A stretch of 64,000 nucleotides of DNA from assembly GCF_009914755.1 (NCBI RefSeq), contig NC_060932.1; one strand, 5' to 3'. The DNA comes from the human T2T-CHM13v2.0 reference genome, Homo sapiens. The notes under the pieces are model-generated. The model had not been told where the DNA came from, did no database searches, and saw nothing but the letters and a program-made list of their open reading frames with translations. Shown here one piece after another: positions 60,488 to 64,000 of the stretch; position 1 is the stretch's first letter; every line of letters starts with the position of its first letter. The position numbers and the translations under genes are program-made.

Positions 60488-63400
60488 TTTTGAAGTCAAC
60501 TGTATTGAGGTATACTTTACATACAATAAAATGTACTCATTTTAAATATACAGGTTAGTAAATATTGACAAGTAATACAGTCATGTAACCACCTCCACAA
60601 TCAAAATGGAGAGCATTTCCATCACCCCAGAAAGCTCCTTTGTGCCTCTTCTCAATCAATCTCACCTCCACCACAGCCAAGGTCAAGAATGGCCTGATTT
60701 CTGCCACTTAACAGGCCATACCCTCTTTTCTAGAGCCTGATAGAATTACATAGCACGTCCTCTGTTGTGTCTGGCTTCTTTTGCCTAGCATGATATTTTC
60801 GAGATTCGTCTATGTTGCTACATGAATCAACAGTTTGTTTCTTTTTACTGCTGAATACTCTTCCATTGTATGGATATACCACAATTTATTTATCCATTTA
60901 CCTCCTGATAGACTTCTGTTTTTTTTTCTATTACAGACAAAGCTTCTAATGAACTTTCATACACAAATCTTTGTGTGAACATAGTTTTCCTATATCTTGA
61001 GTAAATGCCTAAGAATGGAATTACTGCATCATATATAAGTGCATATTTAACTTCTTAAGAAACTGTGAGATTTTCCAAAGTGGTTGTACCACTGCTGGTG
61101 AGTGGATGTACATTCTTACCAGCAGTGTCTGAGAGTTCTCCTTACTCCTCGTCCTCACTAACACTAGTGGATACGTGGTGGCATCTTACCACACTTTTAA
61201 TTTGTATTTCTCAGAGGAGTAGCTATATTGGATGTCTTTCCATGAACTTATTAGCCATTTGTACATCTTCTGTCTATTGACATCTTTTGCCAATTTTTAA
61301 TTGGATTCTTTTTCTCCTATTGATTTATGAGTTCTCTGTGTATTTTGTATATAAGTTTTTTGGTTAGATAGATGTATTGCAAATATCATCTCCCAGTCTG
61401 TAGTTAGGCTTTTCAATTTCTTAACAGGGTATTTTGATGAGCAGGTGTTTTAAATGTGATAAAGAACAGTTCACCAATTTTTTCTTTCATGGCTCATGGA
61501 AAAAGACTCTTTTAACATGTAAAACTTCATGGATTCTCATGTGATAGTGGATATTAATTCTGTATCTAAGTTTGAGAAAATTACATAGCACAAAAGCCAC
61601 TGTAAACTTTTCTTAACAGCTTTTTTGAGATATGATTCACATGTCGTACAATTCGCCCATTTAAAATGTACAGTCCAATGGTTTCCAGTATAATCAGAGC
61701 CGTGTAACCATCACTGTGGTCAACTTTAAAACATTTTATTTACCTCAGAAAGAAACCCTGTACCATTTAGCTAACACTCCTCTCTTTCCATTCTCCCCAC
61801 CGCCCCGGATCTATGCAAACAGTGATTTACTTTCTGTCTCTATGGATTACCCTATTCTGACATTTCATATAGATGAAATTGTGGTCTTCTGTGACTGGTC
61901 TCCTTCAATTCACATAATCATTTTAGGGTTTATCCATGTTGTAGCTTTTATGAATACTTCATTTCTTATTTATGGCTGAATCATAGTCTGTTGATGGATA
62001 TATCAGATTTTGTTTATCCATTCATCAGTTGACAAACATTTGAGTTCTTTCCACTTTTTGTTATTATGAAGAATCCTGCTACAAACATCTGGGTACAAGC
62101 TTCTGTACAGATATATGTTTTCACTTCTCTTGGGTATTTGCCTAGGAGTGGAATTGCCGGTTCATATGGTAACTCTATCTATATTTGTTTGAGAAACTGT
62201 CAGACTGCTTTCCACAGAGTGTGCATCATTTTACATTTAATATACAATCAGAGGGTTTTCTGATTTCTCTATATCCACATCGAGACATATTCTCTGACTT
62301 TTTGATTCTGGTCATCCTGGTGGAGATAAAGTAGCATCTTATTGTGAATTTGATTTGCCTTTCCCTGATAACTATACAATCTTTCTTGGAGAAATGTCTA
62401 TGTAGGTTATTTGGTCATTTTAAAAATTATGTTGTCTTTTTATTATTGATTTAGAAGAGTACTTTATATATTCTGGAAAAAAGTCCCTTATCAGATATAT
62501 GATTTGCAAATATTTTCTCCCATTTTGTGTGTTGTCTTTTCACTTTCTTGATGAACTCCTTTGACACACAAAAGCTTTAAATTTTGATTGTGTCCAGTGT
62601 ATTTGTTATAGTTACATAGTAGTTGTACATTTGCTGCTTATACTTTTGGCATCATATCTAAGTATCCTTTATTGAGTGTGAGGTCATGAAGACTTAGCCT
62701 TATATTTTCTCCTAAGAGTTCTAAGAGTTTTAGAGTTTCAGTTTTTATGTTTAAGTCTTTGTCCTATTTTAAGTTGCTCTTTTTATGGTGTGAGGTAGAG
62801 GACCAACTCCACTCTTTTACACATGACTATCCAGTTGTCCTGGCATCATTTGTTGAAAAGGCTATTCTTTCCCCCATTGAATATTCTTGATGCTCTTGTA
62901 AAAAAAAATCAATGGACTGGAGAGATATGTAGTTAATTCTGTACTCTCAAAGATATGCCATTGATTTATAAGTTTGTTTTTGTGCCAGCATCATACTATC
63001 TTGATGTCAATTGCTTTGCAGTGAGTTTTAGAATCTGGAAGTGTGAGTCCTCCTACTTTGTTTCTTCTCTTTCAAGATTGTTTCAGTTATTTAGGGTCCC
63101 TTATAATTCCATATGAATTTTAGAGTCAGCTTGTGAACTTCTCCAAAGACATCAGCTGGGATTTTGATAGAGACTGTGTTGAATCTGTAGATCAATTTAG
63201 AAAGTATTGACATCTTAACATGTTAAGTCTTCCATTCCATGAACATGGGATGTTTTCCTATTTACTTCTGCCTTCTTTAATTTCTTTCAACAATGTTATG
63301 TAGGTTTTAGAGTATAAATTTTGCACTTCTTTTGTTAATTATTTCTAAGTATTTTATTTTTTCGATCCTATTATAAATGGAATTGTTTTCTTAACTCCAT

Positions 63401-63890
63401 TTTCAAATTATTCCATTGCATGTATACAGAAATACAACTGATTTTTGTATATTAATCTTGTATCCCACAAACTTGCTAAACTTGTCTAGTAGTTCTAATA
63501 GTTTTTAGTGGGTTCTTTTGGGTTTTCTGTATATAAGATCAATGTCATCTGCAAATAGAGGTAATTATATTTCTTTTCCAATGTAGATGCCTTTTACTGC
63601 TTTTTCTTGTCTAATTACTCTAAAACCTCCCAGAGTAATACTGAATGGAAGTAGTGAGAGTAGACATCCTTGTCTCTTCCATATAATAGGGGGAAAGCAT
63701 CCAGTCTTTCACCATTAAGTATAATGTTACCTGTGGATTTTTCATATATGCCCTTTAATGGATTGAGGAAGTTTCCTTCTAGTCCTATTTATTTTGTGTG
63801 TGTGTTTTTTAAAAAATCATGAAAGGGTATAGAATTTTGTCTGATGCTTTTTCTGCATCAATTGAGATGATCATGTAATTTTTGGGTTTT
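60488..63890 (-). mobile_element. Two tandem old L1MB-type elements (~60488-61500 and ~61610-63890)
   Basis: Two L1M 3' ends (tattgaggtatactttacatacaataaaatg; tttgagatatgattcacat) followed by ORF2-like sequence. Confidence 0.8.
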
Positions 63891-64000
63891 GCTAAATTTT
63901 TAATAACTTTGTGTTATTAATTACAATGGCACTTATGTACTCAAGAAACTATTCATCAATAATTCAGACTGCTTGATTCACAGTGGAGTTCTTGGTTATT

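Overview
Repeat-rich primate genomic DNA, almost certainly human, because an Alu carries the diagnostic sites of the human-specific AluYa5 subfamily. I cannot support an intact host protein-coding gene or an RNA gene, and nearly all ORFs in the track are Alu, L1 or microsatellite artefacts. Main contents: (1) a minus-strand class I ERV remnant at 1-1730 in which pro-RT is fused directly to env-TM, followed by the PPT and the start of the 3' LTR; (2) a complete processed pseudogene of SINHCAF/FAM60A (37069-40616, minus) with a 12-bp TSD, sitting in an MLT1 LTR that itself splits an old L1, and interrupted by two Alus and an expanded coding A-run; (3) a full-length 6.0-kb L1PA2-like element (50171-56195, minus, 14-bp TSD) with dead ORF1/ORF2, an intact antisense ORF0 and an apparent older-subfamily patch; (4) many Alu, MaLR/ERVL LTR, old L1, L2, MIR and DNA-transposon fragments, including a degraded Tigger-like transposase. 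Unique stretches at about 10.7-12.9, 15.3-20.6, 27.3-32.5 and 57.8-60.1 kb contain promoter, enhancer and splice-like motifs. An unexplained 30-bp inverted repeat pair about 2 kb apart, with a local double hairpin, lies at 23.6/25.5 kb. Subfamily calls rely on remembered consensus features and many boundaries are approximate. Nothing here demonstrates a new biological system; the findings are testable leads.
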